DNA of 63,856 bases, filler included, from Stramenopiles sp. TOSAG23-3 (Eukaryota): assembly GCA_900128585.1 (NCBI GenBank). It is 27 parts of 27 records of this genome, joined end to end, with 100 filler letters (N's around TTAATTAATTAA, not from the genome) between each part and the next. Parts side by side here need not be neighbours in the genome. Positions count along the whole stretch, not along the records: positions 19,039 to 21,315 come from LT644928.1; positions 21,416 to 23,692 come from LT644929.1; positions 23,793 to 26,067 come from LT644930.1; positions 26,168 to 28,440 come from LT644931.1; positions 28,541 to 30,813 come from LT644932.1; positions 30,914 to 33,185 come from LT644933.1; 21 more parts are not named here. The stretch is one strand, 5' to 3'. Made by a program: the position numbers and the translations under genes. The notes below the pieces were generated by a model. It saw nothing but the letters and a program-made list of their open reading frames with translations, was not told the origin of the DNA and did not search any database. Positions within the stretch are counted from its first letter, which is position 1. Every line of letters begins with the position of its first letter. Shown here piece after piece: positions 20,107 through 31,182 of the stretch.

Positions 20107-20907
20107 ATGGCAACACGGCTGACAACACGAAAAAACAGTGCGCTGTCGATCGACGAATACGTAAATTCCATAGCGGGGGGGACAAAGTATGACGACGAAG
20201 TAGTCGAAACGCTTTTCAACTTGCACGACGCCGACTGTGTGATATGCTTCGAAAAAGTCCAACGGCCCTCGATAACACCGTGCAAACACATTTTTTGCCG
20301 CAAGTGCATTCTCCAACAAATGAAACATCATAAGGAATGCCCTTGTTGCCGTGCGAAGATTTCAGAGCAAACTGTGACGGAACTATCCCTCGAGCCTGCA
20401 AGATACATACCAGTCCGCAGGATAATTCCAAACCGCGATCAATTTGTCATCGCGTGTGAGAAAGGCGAAATCGCCACCGTGAAATATCTCATTGAGTATG
20501 GGAAAGTGACGGACGTGAATACAACAGGAAAACGGAGCAATGGGTGGGACGGGTACACTGGGTTGATGATGGCCGCACGGAATGAGCACTTAGAAATCGT
20601 GCGATACTTGCTGTCCTTCCCCTCCATAGATGTTTCCATTTGCGGGGGCGTCGGCTGGAACGCCCTGCACCACGCTTGCTACGGAAACAAAAAGAGCCTC
20701 GATCTGATAAAGTTGTTGCTGGCACATTCCACAAGTACTCAGTACGGCCGAGCGGACTACACGATCAACCAGACCGACGACGTCGGGCGTACTCCGTTGG
20801 ACAAGGCCCATTACAATAACAAAAGCGAGTTGAAGGAAGAGATCATACAATTGTTAAGAGACCAAGGTGGCCTCACAAGATGTGAACTAGATCGATTAGT
20901 CGATTAG
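20107..20907 (+). CDS. C3HC4 RING finger plus ankyrin-repeat protein
   Basis: CVIC...TPCKHIFCRKC...CPCCR RING, then GYTGLMMAA, GWNALHHAC and GRTPLDKA ankyrin repeats. Confidence 0.88.
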   Translation: MATRLTTRKNSALSIDEYVNSIAGGTKYDDEVVETLFNLHDADCVICFEKVQRPSITPCKHIFCRKCILQQMKHHKECPCCRAKISEQTVTELSLEPARYIPVRRIIPNRDQFVIACEKGEIATVKYLIEYGKVTDVNTTGKRSNGWDGYTGLMMAARNEHLEIVRYLLSFPSIDVSICGGVGWNALHHACYGNKKSLDLIKLLLAHSTSTQYGRADYTINQTDDVGRTPLDKAHYNNKSELKEEIIQLLRDQGGLTRCELDRLVD

Positions 20908-21568
20908 TCCTCAGTAATAGTATAGATAGGTAAATAAATAGTAATGAAGAAAATGGCGTCTGCCTGTTGAGTAGTATGATGATAGGTAAATAAATATATA
21001 TTCTTTAAATAATAAATTGTATAATATTGTATACTTATAATAATAATACAAGTATAAAGACTCTCTTCTTCAAATGGTAAAATATTTAATGGATTAGAAC
21101 TACGTAAAACTTTTTTAAATTATTATTATTGCTTCCAAACCTTCCCCTATCTACTACTGTTTTAGTCGTTCAGTTAGTATATAATTTTAGTACAGTAAAA
21201 GAAAGAAAAGAAAAAAAGAAAAGAAAACAGAGGAGCTACACATTTTTAATATAATAAATACAACATTCATCTACTATATATTGTAATACTATGCAGCATC
21301 CATTATTATAATTAANNNNNNNNNNNNNNNNNNNNNNNNNNNNNNNNNNNNNNNNNNNNTTAATTAATTAANNNNNNNNNNNNNNNNNNNNNNNNNNNNN
21401 NNNNNNNNNNNNNNNACGACTATTTACAAAAACCGGACGCGCAGAAAAACAAAAGTACCTTCAACCAGTACCGTGTCAGCAGAAACTTTGCATCTGCCCC
21501 CAATCCACCGGAGCAAGTGTACCAAGTCGTCCGCTTGCGTTTTCATTTGAAACGTGTGTGCCTGTCGC

Positions 21569-23314
21569 ATGGCGTCGAAGCGAAAGGCGAAGGCGCGGGT
21601 CGTGTGGGATCAGACGGACGAAAAGTCAGAGTTTATAATGGAACTCCCAATTGAATTCGAAAGGACTCCAACGTGCATTTTTTCTATTACAGTGGACGAC
21701 ACTGACGTTTGCATCGTTTCTTCTGCGGAGGCGGCGGGGAAAACGTTCAAAGACGCCGCCACAACTGGCCAGGCCTTTTGCCAAAAGTACGATTTTAACG
21801 AAGAAACCTGCCTGGTCCTGGTGCAAGCCTTGGAGCCTGTCATGGCCAATATTTCGGCAAACAGGATTTCTAAGAAAAGCGCGGAGAGCGGCGTCCACAA
21901 CCACGACGGGTCTGTCCCTTACATCAAGCATGCTCTGGGGTATGAAATGGACCGTTGGCGGGTGGAAAATGGATTTTACGGCCTGGAGACTGGGGGGGCC
22001 GGGGCGCGGCCCCCGGCTTGCACTGCATCGCTCGGAACGCTGGAAGTGGTGGCCAGCGGGGGCAAGGGGGAGCCGGAGCGTCGGCAGTACGTCGGCACCC
22101 GCGTTCGTTTAAAGTTCGCCGGCGGGAACAGCCCAAATGCAGGGGCGTACGTTTGCATGCACATGCACCCACCCCGGCACCTCAACCTTTACCCTTCGAA
22201 GGGGATTGATCTGGGCTGCCTGAATTCATGGGAGCGGTCTAGTTTCGAGGTAGAAAATGCTCCGTACGGAGAGTTTGATATTTACGCCTACGTCTTGGGA
22301 ACGTCAGAGGACCCCTTTTCTTCTCCTTCGGAGTGTGCGGCTGTGGTCATGGTTCATGTGCTCCCTTTGCTGATCGGAGACGGTCGCCAGTACGTCGCGG
22401 AGACTGCCCCGTGCGCCCCCCATCCCTTGATGAAGAAGTCTGTGGGGGCCTTGGACGCAGTGCCCAGGGCAGAGGATCCGGAATTTAGTATATGCATACT
22501 AGCCCACAGGGGCCAAAAGGCCCTGAGGAAAGCGCTGGACTCTTGGCAATCGTCTGGTCTCCTGTCTATGGCCAAAGAACGTATCCTATTGATGCAGGAA
22601 CTGAAAGATCACGACCACCGCCTGTACGACAATTTGGCTGATGTTTATTCCCTTCAACTTCTTGATGAAAGGTCGCAGCTGGGAATCGCCGTCGGCCTGT
22701 CCCGCCTTGTCGAGCGAGCGGGCACCGAGCTTATCCTCTTCCTGGAGGAAGACTTTCGGGTGTCCGACAGTGTTAAGGGCGTGAACGAGGTGCGAGTGGC
22801 CATACGCGAAGCGGCGGACTTGGTTCAGACTGCCCGGGCAGACGTAGTCCGACTGCGGCATGTGGTCCAACCGGGGGTTCCCATGTGCGCGTACGCTTGG
22901 AGGAGTTCGGAAGACCTCCTAGGGAAGGGCAGCACTCCGAAACGCAACAACCAGTCGGTTTTGGATTTGCGAGCTTGGGTGGAGGACCTCCCTGCCGCTT
23001 TCCCCGACAGTTCGTGGTACTGCGGCCACGCCCGAAAGCACGCTTGCGCCTTTTCGACCCATGCGTCATGGACAAACAACCCCATCTTTTTCTCCCGAAT
23101 GTGGTTTTTGGAGAACATTTCTCCGGTCGCGTACGCCGATAAAACCACTCGTTTGGAAGCTGCCGTGTCCTTCTCAAACCCGTTCTGGAGTGACCGATGC
23201 TTTATAGTTGCGAAAGGCCAAGGGCTGTTCACTCACGACGATGTCGACAAACCGCATTGGCAGCAAACTGTTTGCCCTGGTCCACCGCCCAGGGGAGAAG
23301 ACGGTGGAGCGTAA
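21569..23314 (+). CDS. Putative GT-A fold glycosyltransferase-like protein; start uncertain
   Basis: FSICILAH...ALDSW...LGIAVGL...ILFLEEDF (DxD-like)...WTNNP. Confidence 0.5.
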   Translation: MASKRKAKARVVWDQTDEKSEFIMELPIEFERTPTCIFSITVDDTDVCIVSSAEAAGKTFKDAATTGQAFCQKYDFNEETCLVLVQALEPVMANISANRISKKSAESGVHNHDGSVPYIKHALGYEMDRWRVENGFYGLETGGAGARPPACTASLGTLEVVASGGKGEPERRQYVGTRVRLKFAGGNSPNAGAYVCMHMHPPRHLNLYPSKGIDLGCLNSWERSSFEVENAPYGEFDIYAYVLGTSEDPFSSPSECAAVVMVHVLPLLIGDGRQYVAETAPCAPHPLMKKSVGALDAVPRAEDPEFSICILAHRGQKALRKALDSWQSSGLLSMAKERILLMQELKDHDHRLYDNLADVYSLQLLDERSQLGIAVGLSRLVERAGTELILFLEEDFRVSDSVKGVNEVRVAIREAADLVQTARADVVRLRHVVQPGVPMCAYAWRSSEDLLGKGSTPKRNNQSVLDLRAWVEDLPAAFPDSSWYCGHARKHACAFSTHASWTNNPIFFSRMWFLENISPVAYADKTTRLEAAVSFSNPFWSDRCFIVAKGQGLFTHDDVDKPHWQQTVCPGPPPRGEDGGA

Positions 23315-23794
23315 ATGTAGGAGGTGTAATGTTTTTAAACATAATCATGGTTCTTATGTTAGTTTATTTAAGTTATAATTTTATAATGTGTGTGTGGGCA
23401 ACCACGAACCGTGGACTACGAACGGGGGGGGCCTGTGGGGGGTGAAAATAATAAATACGCTCTGCAGAATCCAAAACCGTGCCTTTCTTTCTCGGCAGTG
23501 GGGTAGGTGTCGACTGCAGGACACATGCGCTCGCTGAGCGTTGGCGTTTCCGAGCGCTACAATCAGTACGTCCAATCGTCGTTGTTCTCGTCGTCGTCGC
23601 TTGATGCTGTGGGGGACAAATAACAGACAAAATCAGGCGTTCCGGGAATCTTGGGGAACGCTCGCCGTCCACGCAATGCCCGCTTTTTCTCGNNNNNNNN
23701 NNNNNNNNNNNNNNNNNNNNNNNNNNNNNNNNNNNNTTAATTAATTAANNNNNNNNNNNNNNNNNNNNNNNNNNNNNNNNNNNNNNNNNNNNAG

Positions 23795-24379
23795 GACCCC
23801 ACAAACAACGGCCTGCACCCGGACATTCTATACAATGACTCTCCGCTTGCTATCACAGTCGGACTCCACGTTTACCACTGTTTCACGTCTTATAAAACAA
23901 TGACCATCGTGGATTGGATGCACCACTTGGTCAGCAACATGCTTGTGTGCGTGCTGTGTTTTTCTTACCACTACGGCCCCCTTGTCAGCTGGGGCTGTTT
24001 TTTCGTGTGCGGGTTCCCTGGAGGCATTGACTACGGTTTGCTATTTCTTAAAAGCACGGGTTGGATTCACCCAATGACGGAAAAGCGCTGGAACAGGGGT
24101 TTGAACATGTGGGTGCGATCCCCGGGGATCATGATGTTTATTGCATTTGCCTACTGTTCTGTTATGGCGGGAAAGTACACAGTTCCGTTGCCGGTGCTGC
24201 TGGCACAGTTCGTCTTGAATGCGGTCAATGCGATATACTTTGCCGACCTCGTTGTGGCCAACGCGGCAATTTGCGAGTGGTGTCACACGCATGGGGTCGA
24301 TAAAAAGCAGACAGAGGAGTGGACTGCTGTGAAGGAAAAACTGGGCCAAGAAGTGGATAGAAGAAAAAAAGAAAAATAG
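23795..24379 (+). CDS. TLC (TRAM/LAG1/CLN8) domain membrane protein; 5' partial
   Basis: LHVYH...DWMHHLV...GFPGGIDYGLL...EKRWN..LN.WVR.PG motifs. Confidence 0.7.
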   Translation, partial: DPTNNGLHPDILYNDSPLAITVGLHVYHCFTSYKTMTIVDWMHHLVSNMLVCVLCFSYHYGPLVSWGCFFVCGFPGGIDYGLLFLKSTGWIHPMTEKRWNRGLNMWVRSPGIMMFIAFAYCSVMAGKYTVPLPVLLAQFVLNAVNAIYFADLVVANAAICEWCHTHGVDKKQTEEWTAVKEKLGQEVDRRKKEK

Positions 24380-24530
24380 AAAAAGCAGCCAATTTTCTTG
24401 TTTAAATTATCTTATCAAATATCCTAATGTTCAAACTGATCAAGAAAACGTTTTTAAGTTTAAAACTTAACATACTCCGCAAAGTGTCATTATCTAATTT
24501 ACCAGGTAGATATATCGGTAGAAACTGTCT

Positions 24531-26066
24531 TTACGTCGTGAGAATATTCGCATCCATCATTCGTTCTCGTATTATATGCACACTGTCCTGCCGCGATTCC
24601 CTGGGAATGTTGCAGAACTGGTCTTGGAGCTCACACTGGTGCCTGCGACAATGTTCGACCATGTCTTTTTGCGAGTCGCACGGCGAATCGTTCCGTGCGT
24701 ATACTTCCGCAAGGCGAGGCATGTCACAGTACTTTGACAGCCACAGTAGCCGTTTCACCCAGGAGCGGCGAACTTCTGCCGAATCCACCGAGCACACATA
24801 CCGAATTGGGGACTTGTGCTGCCCAAACAGCTTTTTAAGAAACCCGCCGTGCTGCCCGGCAGCCGCGCCATTTTGCACGACCTCTGAGGATTCGCACTTT
24901 TCCAGGTCAATGCAAAACCTGACTGCACCGTCGGCAAGCCCATCCTCCGGTGGAATGGAACATGTAATCATATAGTCGTGCACAGAGTATGACTTCTCAA
25001 GCCTAAGGCTCTGCGCCCGAAGGGACTTTAGCTCTTCCAAGGAATACCCCGTGGCGTATTTGTTTATCGCGGGCGTCTGCTCCGCTACCAACGCTTCCGG
25101 AGACGCCACCACCCATGAATCGAACTTCCCCGTATGGTTTCGATCTTCCAAATTCTTTTCATTGATTACGTAGTTCAATATATTGACGAGCAAGCTATAG
25201 GCGTAAATCTTCAGCTCTCCGGCCTTCAGATCAATTAACATATACCGCCTTTCCCACTGGCTGCCCAGCACCGCTCTGTGCCGTTCCACGCAGACCAGGG
25301 AGCCAAAGCCTTTCCGGGAAAAGTGATTCCATACGTGCAACTTTCGCTCCATTTTTTGGAATGCTCTATTAGCAAATGGACTTTTTTCCAAGCGGCTTTC
25401 CATGCTATAAACAAAGCAAGAAAACATTTGGGTCCCTAAAAACGATTTAAAAAATTGTTGAGATTGTTCGTCGCCACCTTCTACCCCTATGAACGCCTCT
25501 CTGTCAAACCGTCCTCCCTGAAGCGTAAAATACATGCCATATGCTTTGAAACAAGACACCATAAAGCCCATGAAGCTGGCACGGATTCTCTTCTGTTGGA
25601 AGATCGGGCTTACTTCACTTTTCTTGGCCCTTTGGAACGCCAGAACCAACGATTTGCCTTCGTCGTTCCCGCTCGAGTCCACCGCATCGCCTACAAGCAC
25701 CTCGTGCGAACTGTTCCATTTTCTTGAAAAGCTTTTTCCACCACTTGAAACTCTCTTCACTAAACTTGCCCTTTTGCCGCCAGAGTTGGTTCGCTTCCTC
25801 AGTGTTTCGGCCACTTCCGAAATCCTACGAACAATCGTTCGCCCGAGGCACTCCTCCTTGGGCGCCGAGTAAGGTATGACTTCCTCATCCTCCTCGCCTC
25901 CCAGCTCGCCAATAGCACGATCAGTCAGTAATTGCGTCGTGTTCGAGATGGACTGTGGGTAAGTGGGCACAGCCAGTGCATCGTACGAAAAATTTGCTGT
26001 GGCCCCATGCTCCAGCATACCAGCGTACAGGCGCAGCAATAAACGGAACGGGAGCTCCGGGGAACG
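24531..26066 (-). CDS. DENN (dDENN) plus PH-like domain protein; 5' partial
   Basis: IRASFMGFMV...FDREAFI...FFKSFLGTQMFSCFV (dDENN), then WERRYMLI...LKIY...RRSWVKRL (split PH). Confidence 0.7.
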   Translation of the reverse strand, partial: RSPELPFRLLLRLYAGMLEHGATANFSYDALAVPTYPQSISNTTQLLTDRAIGELGGEEDEEVIPYSAPKEECLGRTIVRRISEVAETLRKRTNSGGKRASLVKRVSSGGKSFSRKWNSSHEVLVGDAVDSSGNDEGKSLVLAFQRAKKSEVSPIFQQKRIRASFMGFMVSCFKAYGMYFTLQGGRFDREAFIGVEGGDEQSQQFFKSFLGTQMFSCFVYSMESRLEKSPFANRAFQKMERKLHVWNHFSRKGFGSLVCVERHRAVLGSQWERRYMLIDLKAGELKIYAYSLLVNILNYVINEKNLEDRNHTGKFDSWVVASPEALVAEQTPAINKYATGYSLEELKSLRAQSLRLEKSYSVHDYMITCSIPPEDGLADGAVRFCIDLEKCESSEVVQNGAAAGQHGGFLKKLFGQHKSPIRYVCSVDSAEVRRSWVKRLLWLSKYCDMPRLAEVYARNDSPCDSQKDMVEHCRRHQCELQDQFCNIPRESRQDSVHIIRERMMDANILTT

Positions 26067-26168
26067 GNNNNNNNNNNNNNNNNNNNNNNNNNNNNNNNNN
26101 NNNNNNNNNNNTTAATTAATTAANNNNNNNNNNNNNNNNNNNNNNNNNNNNNNNNNNNNNNNNNNNNC

Positions 26169-27596
26169 ATTCCATTCAACAACTTGATGGTATGGAGTGC
26201 AATGGACGAAGGGAGCTTGTTCGGTATGTGGACAAAACAATTCTTGTATGTTATGAACACAGACATTCCGATCGAACTGCAAAAAACGCTGACTCTGTAC
26301 GTAAAAGCGTGCGTTGAAATCAGGGACCACGGCAAGCGCTTGGCGGAAGGGAGGAGGTACGAAGAGGAAGAGTTACGGGACATATTTTCGAAATTTGACT
26401 GCGATGATTCGGGCAGTTTAGACAGGGATGAAGTTCACCGGCTGCTCATAACACTTGGCGCAGACCCATTCCCACACGAGATTGACCAGTTCATGAACCT
26501 TGCGGACACCGACGGCAGCGGGGCAATTGAATTAGGGGAATTTGTAAAAGTTTGGAATTCTAAAGTTGAATCTTTTTACCAGTCAAGCAGCCAAAACCGA
26601 AAAGCGTCGATGGGGGACGTTCTGCTTGAGCATTATAACACCTCTGAAAAACATGTCGAAACGCATCGCGAGGAAGCAGCACCTGATACCACAGGACTAG
26701 GCGAAGGGAGCGATTGCAGTGATGAAGACCTTTCTGAAGACGCATTTTCGGAGGATGGAGACACGAGCGCCGCAGCAACTACCGTCAAAAACAGCGCAGC
26801 CAGCGTGGAGCTCGATACGACCGCGCTTGGCAACCAGCGGGCCAGCACTGGTTCGAGCAACGGCAAAAGCAACGATACTGAAAATGTAAGCAACCGCCGA
26901 AGGATGAAGAAAAAAGACGCCGCAGATTCAAATCATCCCGTGCCCGATCACGTTCATCGTGTTGCTTCAGACCACAAACTACCCCGGCCAACAGCCACTG
27001 CCACAGCTGCAAGCGCGATCAGGAACGCACAAGTGGGCGTTGGTGGACTGGAGCGTAAAGATTGTTTGAGTGAAGAAGAAACTAAGCTGTCTGATTCGGA
27101 TAGCAACGGTGCAACTCACGGCTGCCCTCCAGCCTCAGAACCGGAGCGTGCACGTTGCCCCGACAGAAGGGGGGCAAAGCGAACACCAGTGCCTAGCGCA
27201 AAGAGCAAACCAGGGAGTACACAACGCCCTAAGTCAAGAGAGGTGAAGCATGCAAAAGTGCGAGAACCGAAGGGGGAATCAAAGGCACCAGTTCCAAACG
27301 CCACCCCGGGCATTTTGACACCTCCCCGGGAGAAATCGCAGGTTACAGCTCTTGTCCGAGACGAGAGAAAATCATCGTCCCCGGAAAAGGCTTCACCGCC
27401 TTTCGTGGAGACTAAAACCTCCCCTAATCGCGTACCGGTGCAACCGTCGGAGAAAACCGTCGCCACCCCCAGCCGCAGGACCGCCAAGGCCACTGAGCAA
27501 GGACACAGGTCGATGTCACGAAAGAAGAAAGCAAAGTCCTCCGAGCTCTCCTTTCTGGGATATTTTGGAATGATGGGGTCGGATGAGGAGTGGTAA
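26169..27596 (+). CDS. EF-hand pair protein with a long disordered tail; 5' partial
   Basis: EF loops DCDDSGSLDRDE and DTDGSGAIELGEF. Confidence 0.75.
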   Translation: MPFNNLMVWSAMDEGSLFGMWTKQFLYVMNTDIPIELQKTLTLYVKACVEIRDHGKRLAEGRRYEEEELRDIFSKFDCDDSGSLDRDEVHRLLITLGADPFPHEIDQFMNLADTDGSGAIELGEFVKVWNSKVESFYQSSSQNRKASMGDVLLEHYNTSEKHVETHREEAAPDTTGLGEGSDCSDEDLSEDAFSEDGDTSAAATTVKNSAASVELDTTALGNQRASTGSSNGKSNDTENVSNRRRMKKKDAADSNHPVPDHVHRVASDHKLPRPTATATAASAIRNAQVGVGGLERKDCLSEEETKLSDSDSNGATHGCPPASEPERARCPDRRGAKRTPVPSAKSKPGSTQRPKSREVKHAKVREPKGESKAPVPNATPGILTPPREKSQVTALVRDERKSSSPEKASPPFVETKTSPNRVPVQPSEKTVATPSRRTAKATEQGHRSMSRKKKAKSSELSFLGYFGMMGSDEEW

Positions 27597-27745
27597 TGTA
27601 CCGACATATGCAGCGTAGTCGTGTGTCGTGTGTAAAGCTAAGGGCGAGGAATATACATAATTTTACGTCACACACGTCTGTTAAAAAGACATGCAGCATT
27701 ATACATCTGTTAAATATATTGGTTCCTAATTGTTTGTAAAATTAA

Positions 27746-28438
27746 TTATCTCTGGCTCTCTTGTTTTGCGTCGGCCGCTTTCAATTCATTCTTAATATTA
27801 CCAATGCCTTTGTCTGTCTCTTCGAACGATTTGGACATTGCCATGGCCTGTACCTTATGGGCTATTTGTTTTACCATGTCAACGGCCACGTGGTCCTTTT
27901 TAGAGCGAACTATTTTCAGCTCCTCGGCTTGCATATCGATCCCTTTGTCGCCGTTGGTAATCAAGTAGTTGTCTAACGCTTTCCCCCCCGTGTTAATGGA
28001 CGACATGTTTTTGAAGCCTTTAGTTGCGTCTGCAAAGTCTCGAACCGTTTGCCGCTCTTCCGTTGGGTTGTCCAGGCCGATCGGATCGTAATATTCTGGG
28101 TAGTAGGGATCAGAGGAGACGCAACGCGCATCCGAGCTGAGGTGAAAGTCCCTAATTTTGTCGGGAAAGTCCGACAGAACGCTTTTCACGACATCCCGGG
28201 CTTTGCGCATCGAGACGCGCTCATGATAATGCTCGGGCATGCCCTTTGGGTTTTCTCGGCAATTGTAACATACGAGTTGCTTGCCTTTTTTGCCCTTGAA
28301 TGTCACTGTCAACGGCGTATCTAATGGCTTTGTCGTAGTGTCGTCGCTGCCTTCTTTGCCCGTGGCACCGGTGGCCCCAGTGCTGCCAACAGTGCCCGTG
28401 GCGCCTGTGCCACGTGGCTTGGCACCTCCCGTGGCACT
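27746..28438 (-). CDS. Hypothetical protein with a GATG low-complexity linker; 5' partial
   Basis: Frame open from the contig end: ATGGAKPRGTGATGTVGSTGATGATG...; coding-like composition. Confidence 0.55.
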   Translation of the reverse strand, partial: SATGGAKPRGTGATGTVGSTGATGATGKEGSDDTTTKPLDTPLTVTFKGKKGKQLVCYNCRENPKGMPEHYHERVSMRKARDVVKSVLSDFPDKIRDFHLSSDARCVSSDPYYPEYYDPIGLDNPTEERQTVRDFADATKGFKNMSSINTGGKALDNYLITNGDKGIDMQAEELKIVRSKKDHVAVDMVKQIAHKVQAMAMSKSFEETDKGIGNIKNELKAADAKQESQR

Positions 28439-28540
28439 GCNNNNNNNNNNNNNNNNNNNNNNNNNNNNNNNNNNNNNNNNNNNNTTAATTAATTAANNNN
28501 NNNNNNNNNNNNNNNNNNNNNNNNNNNNNNNNNNNNNNNN

Positions 28541-28573
28541 TCGCCGTTATTCGTCGCCGTTATTCGTCGCCGT
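28541..28573. repeat. Short tandem repeat (TCGCCGTTATTCG, ~2.5 copies)
   Basis: Read directly at the contig start. Confidence 0.8.
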
Positions 28574-28591
28574 TTGTTTTGGACGTAGAAA

Positions 28592-29047
28592 ATGGTGTGT
28601 AACATTTCGTGCTGCAATGAGCGGCTGAACGGTATGTGTACATTGTGGGGGTTTTATTGTAGAATATGGGCGTTTGGGATAGGCTTGACGTTGTTGATCG
28701 CCTCGTCGGTGTATATGGGGACCGCGCCGAACCTGTCTACTTTTGGGGTCGTTGCTGGAGTCACCGCCATGCTGTTAGAATGCAGCTTTATCTTTCCCCA
28801 CTGCAAATGCTGCTCACGGCTAGGCCACGCCCTTGAAAACTACATGGTGAGGGCCGTCCTTTATCCCTGCCTGGCAATCATTGGCACGATCATACATTAC
28901 AAAACAGTGAAGCAACCCAACTTGTTCATGTTGCTCATCTTGCTAGGCCTGGACGGTTTTTTTTTCGTAGGGGCTCACTTTCAACGGAAACGGCTCGAAA
29001 CGTACTCGGACTCGGGCGCATTTGGATCGGGCAGTGGAAAGGTCTAA
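28592..29047 (+). CDS. Small multi-TM protein, TVP18/Flower-like
   Basis: 151 aa with 3-4 TMs; LLECSFIFPHC...ENYMVRAVLY pattern. Confidence 0.55.
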   Translation: MVCNISCCNERLNGMCTLWGFYCRIWAFGIGLTLLIASSVYMGTAPNLSTFGVVAGVTAMLLECSFIFPHCKCCSRLGHALENYMVRAVLYPCLAIIGTIIHYKTVKQPNLFMLLILLGLDGFFFVGAHFQRKRLETYSDSGAFGSGSGKV

Positions 29048-29242
29048 ATCATTTCGTTCATTTTTGCAAGCAATAGAGAGGGCGTTGCGTTGGGTGGGCG
29101 TTAGTTTAAATTCAGTGCCATTGAGTCGTATAATATATAATTAAAGTAACAACACAATATATACTCACGTATACACAAACCGCTGTGTTTTACAGAAAAA
29201 TATCGTTATTATATTATGAGTATACACAATCATTATGTACTA

Positions 29243-29311
29243 NNNNNNNNNNNNNNNNNNNNNNNNNNNNNNNNNNNNNNNNNNNNNNNNNNNNNNNNNN
29301 NNNNNNNNNNN
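29243..29311. other. Internal scaffold gap (69 N, no linker)
   Basis: The only N-run lacking TTAATTAATTAA. Confidence 0.9.
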
Positions 29312-29425
29312 TATACCCGCTGAGCCCAGAAACTTCCTGCCCAATTCGCGCTTCTCCTTATTAGTCTCGACGGCCGTGATGCGACCAAACCATGTACCGG
29401 CAGTACTTATAAAAACCAGGGGTTT

Positions 29426-30559
29426 TCACACGCGGTTTTGCATTTGGACACCAACTGCAGCCAGGGTACTAGTATCGCCTTTTTTTTTTCCCGTCTCCTT
29501 TTTTCTTTCGTACATGCATGGATACACAACCAAATGGTAAAATCCTAACCCAAGATAGCAAATAATGGCGAGATAAAGGTACCCTTTATACTTTGCAGAA
29601 TGGGCTTCAATCGTCTCCTCGGTTGTTATTAACATGCGCAGCAAAGGTAAACCTTTGTTTGCAGTTCCACACTTGTCAAATATTGATGGATCGTCCATTG
29701 CTGGTCGCCCATTTTCACCAAACAAATTTTGGCCTTCCTCTTCTATTTCACTGTTAGAAAATGCATATCGAATCGGGTCAATTTCGGCACACAAATGTTC
29801 TGTTTCACAATATGCGCGAACAAATGGATTCAAAACATCTTCCTCATTGGCCATAACTGAATCCGGTATCCAACCGAACCATCCAACAATCTTATTACAA
29901 TTTTCAATTCTTGGTTCTGAAGTCAAATCATCTGTGTCTGCAACCGATACTGTATAATTATGAATCGCTTTGGCATCTTCAAATGTTTTTACGACAGGGC
30001 AAACTCTTCCAATCTTACCCGTTTTTTCATCATTTTTTTTCGAGGAGCCATAAGCTTTATAAGATCGGATATTACCGTAGCACATTCTTTTATTCACAAT
30101 AACATAGCCATCATTAAACTTAAACGCTCGCCGTTCGCTTACCTTAAAACCTAAACTGTTATCCATAGTCAAATCTTTGTTAATAATCGCGCCCACCTCT
30201 GTAACGCTGATCCCACTTTCAACTTTAATCGCTGCCCCAGGTGCCAATTCATACCCAAAACTCTGAAGAGTGAAAACCCCTAAAGCAGTTATGACGAGGA
30301 CACACCATGTAGCAGGGTGAAGCATATAATGAGTGTCCACTTTAATGTGTCTGTTTAAACAATAACAGCATGAAGCTGGGCACATCAATAACACGGCATA
30401 AAACACCATTAGTGCAACATTATGATATGCATCAGTTTTCCCAACCCACGTTACCACTTGGCTGCATAAATATAGGCCAAGCGCCAGTGGGAAGAGCGAC
30501 CAAAGGACCTTTGCGGAATTGTCGCAATACTTGTCGCAATAGTGGCCTAGATGAACCAT
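29426..30559 (-). CDS. Hypothetical membrane protein (3 N-terminal TMs, luminal domain, C-terminal TM)
   Basis: Complete 377-aa ORF with clear hydrophobic segments. Confidence 0.6.
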   Translation of the reverse strand: MVHLGHYCDKYCDNSAKVLWSLFPLALGLYLCSQVVTWVGKTDAYHNVALMVFYAVLLMCPASCCYCLNRHIKVDTHYMLHPATWCVLVITALGVFTLQSFGYELAPGAAIKVESGISVTEVGAIINKDLTMDNSLGFKVSERRAFKFNDGYVIVNKRMCYGNIRSYKAYGSSKKNDEKTGKIGRVCPVVKTFEDAKAIHNYTVSVADTDDLTSEPRIENCNKIVGWFGWIPDSVMANEEDVLNPFVRAYCETEHLCAEIDPIRYAFSNSEIEEEGQNLFGENGRPAMDDPSIFDKCGTANKGLPLLRMLITTEETIEAHSAKYKGYLYLAIICYLGLGFYHLVVYPCMYERKKETGKKKGDTSTLAAVGVQMQNRV

Positions 30560-30913
30560 GCGTTCGCCGTATTTGTTTTTTGGAGCGGGGGGTCTTTTTC
30601 ATTTGTGTGGGAAAGGAGAATCTTGTGTAGTATTATCTTTCTCTTTTTACTTTTGTTTGCGAGGCATCGAAAGAAGAGTCAGTTATGGTATCACTGGGGT
30701 GTCTGTGGGGGGGGGTGGTGTGTGTGTCGATAATAATAATAAAATAAAAACTCATCAACAACATGTCGTCGTTTTTCTTCCTTTTTTTGTTATTTTGCCT
30801 GCTGCGTGCTATTNNNNNNNNNNNNNNNNNNNNNNNNNNNNNNNNNNNNNNNNNNNNTTAATTAATTAANNNNNNNNNNNNNNNNNNNNNNNNNNNNNNN
30901 NNNNNNNNNNNNN

Positions 30914-31182
30914 CTTACACCTATTGTCGAAGCAGGATTTGCCGTGGTGAGGTGTTGGAACAAACCGCATTCCTCGCCCTTGGCGGGCGGGGTCACTTTA
31001 TCCTTGGGCGGGGACACTGTATGCTTATGCGTGGACACAAAAGGAGACCGTGACCTCAGCCTGAACTTGGGGGAGGACTTTGCACGAAACGATTTGTACG
31101 AATGAAGGAAAGGTGCATCGCTCCCCTCGGACAGTCCCATGAGGGAAATACATACCCCCGCGGCGACAAGAAATCGTGACAT
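30914..31182 (-). CDS. N-terminus of a secreted hypothetical protein; 3' partial
   Basis: MSRFLVAAGVCISLMGLSEG signal peptide; GC rises at the ATG. Confidence 0.5.
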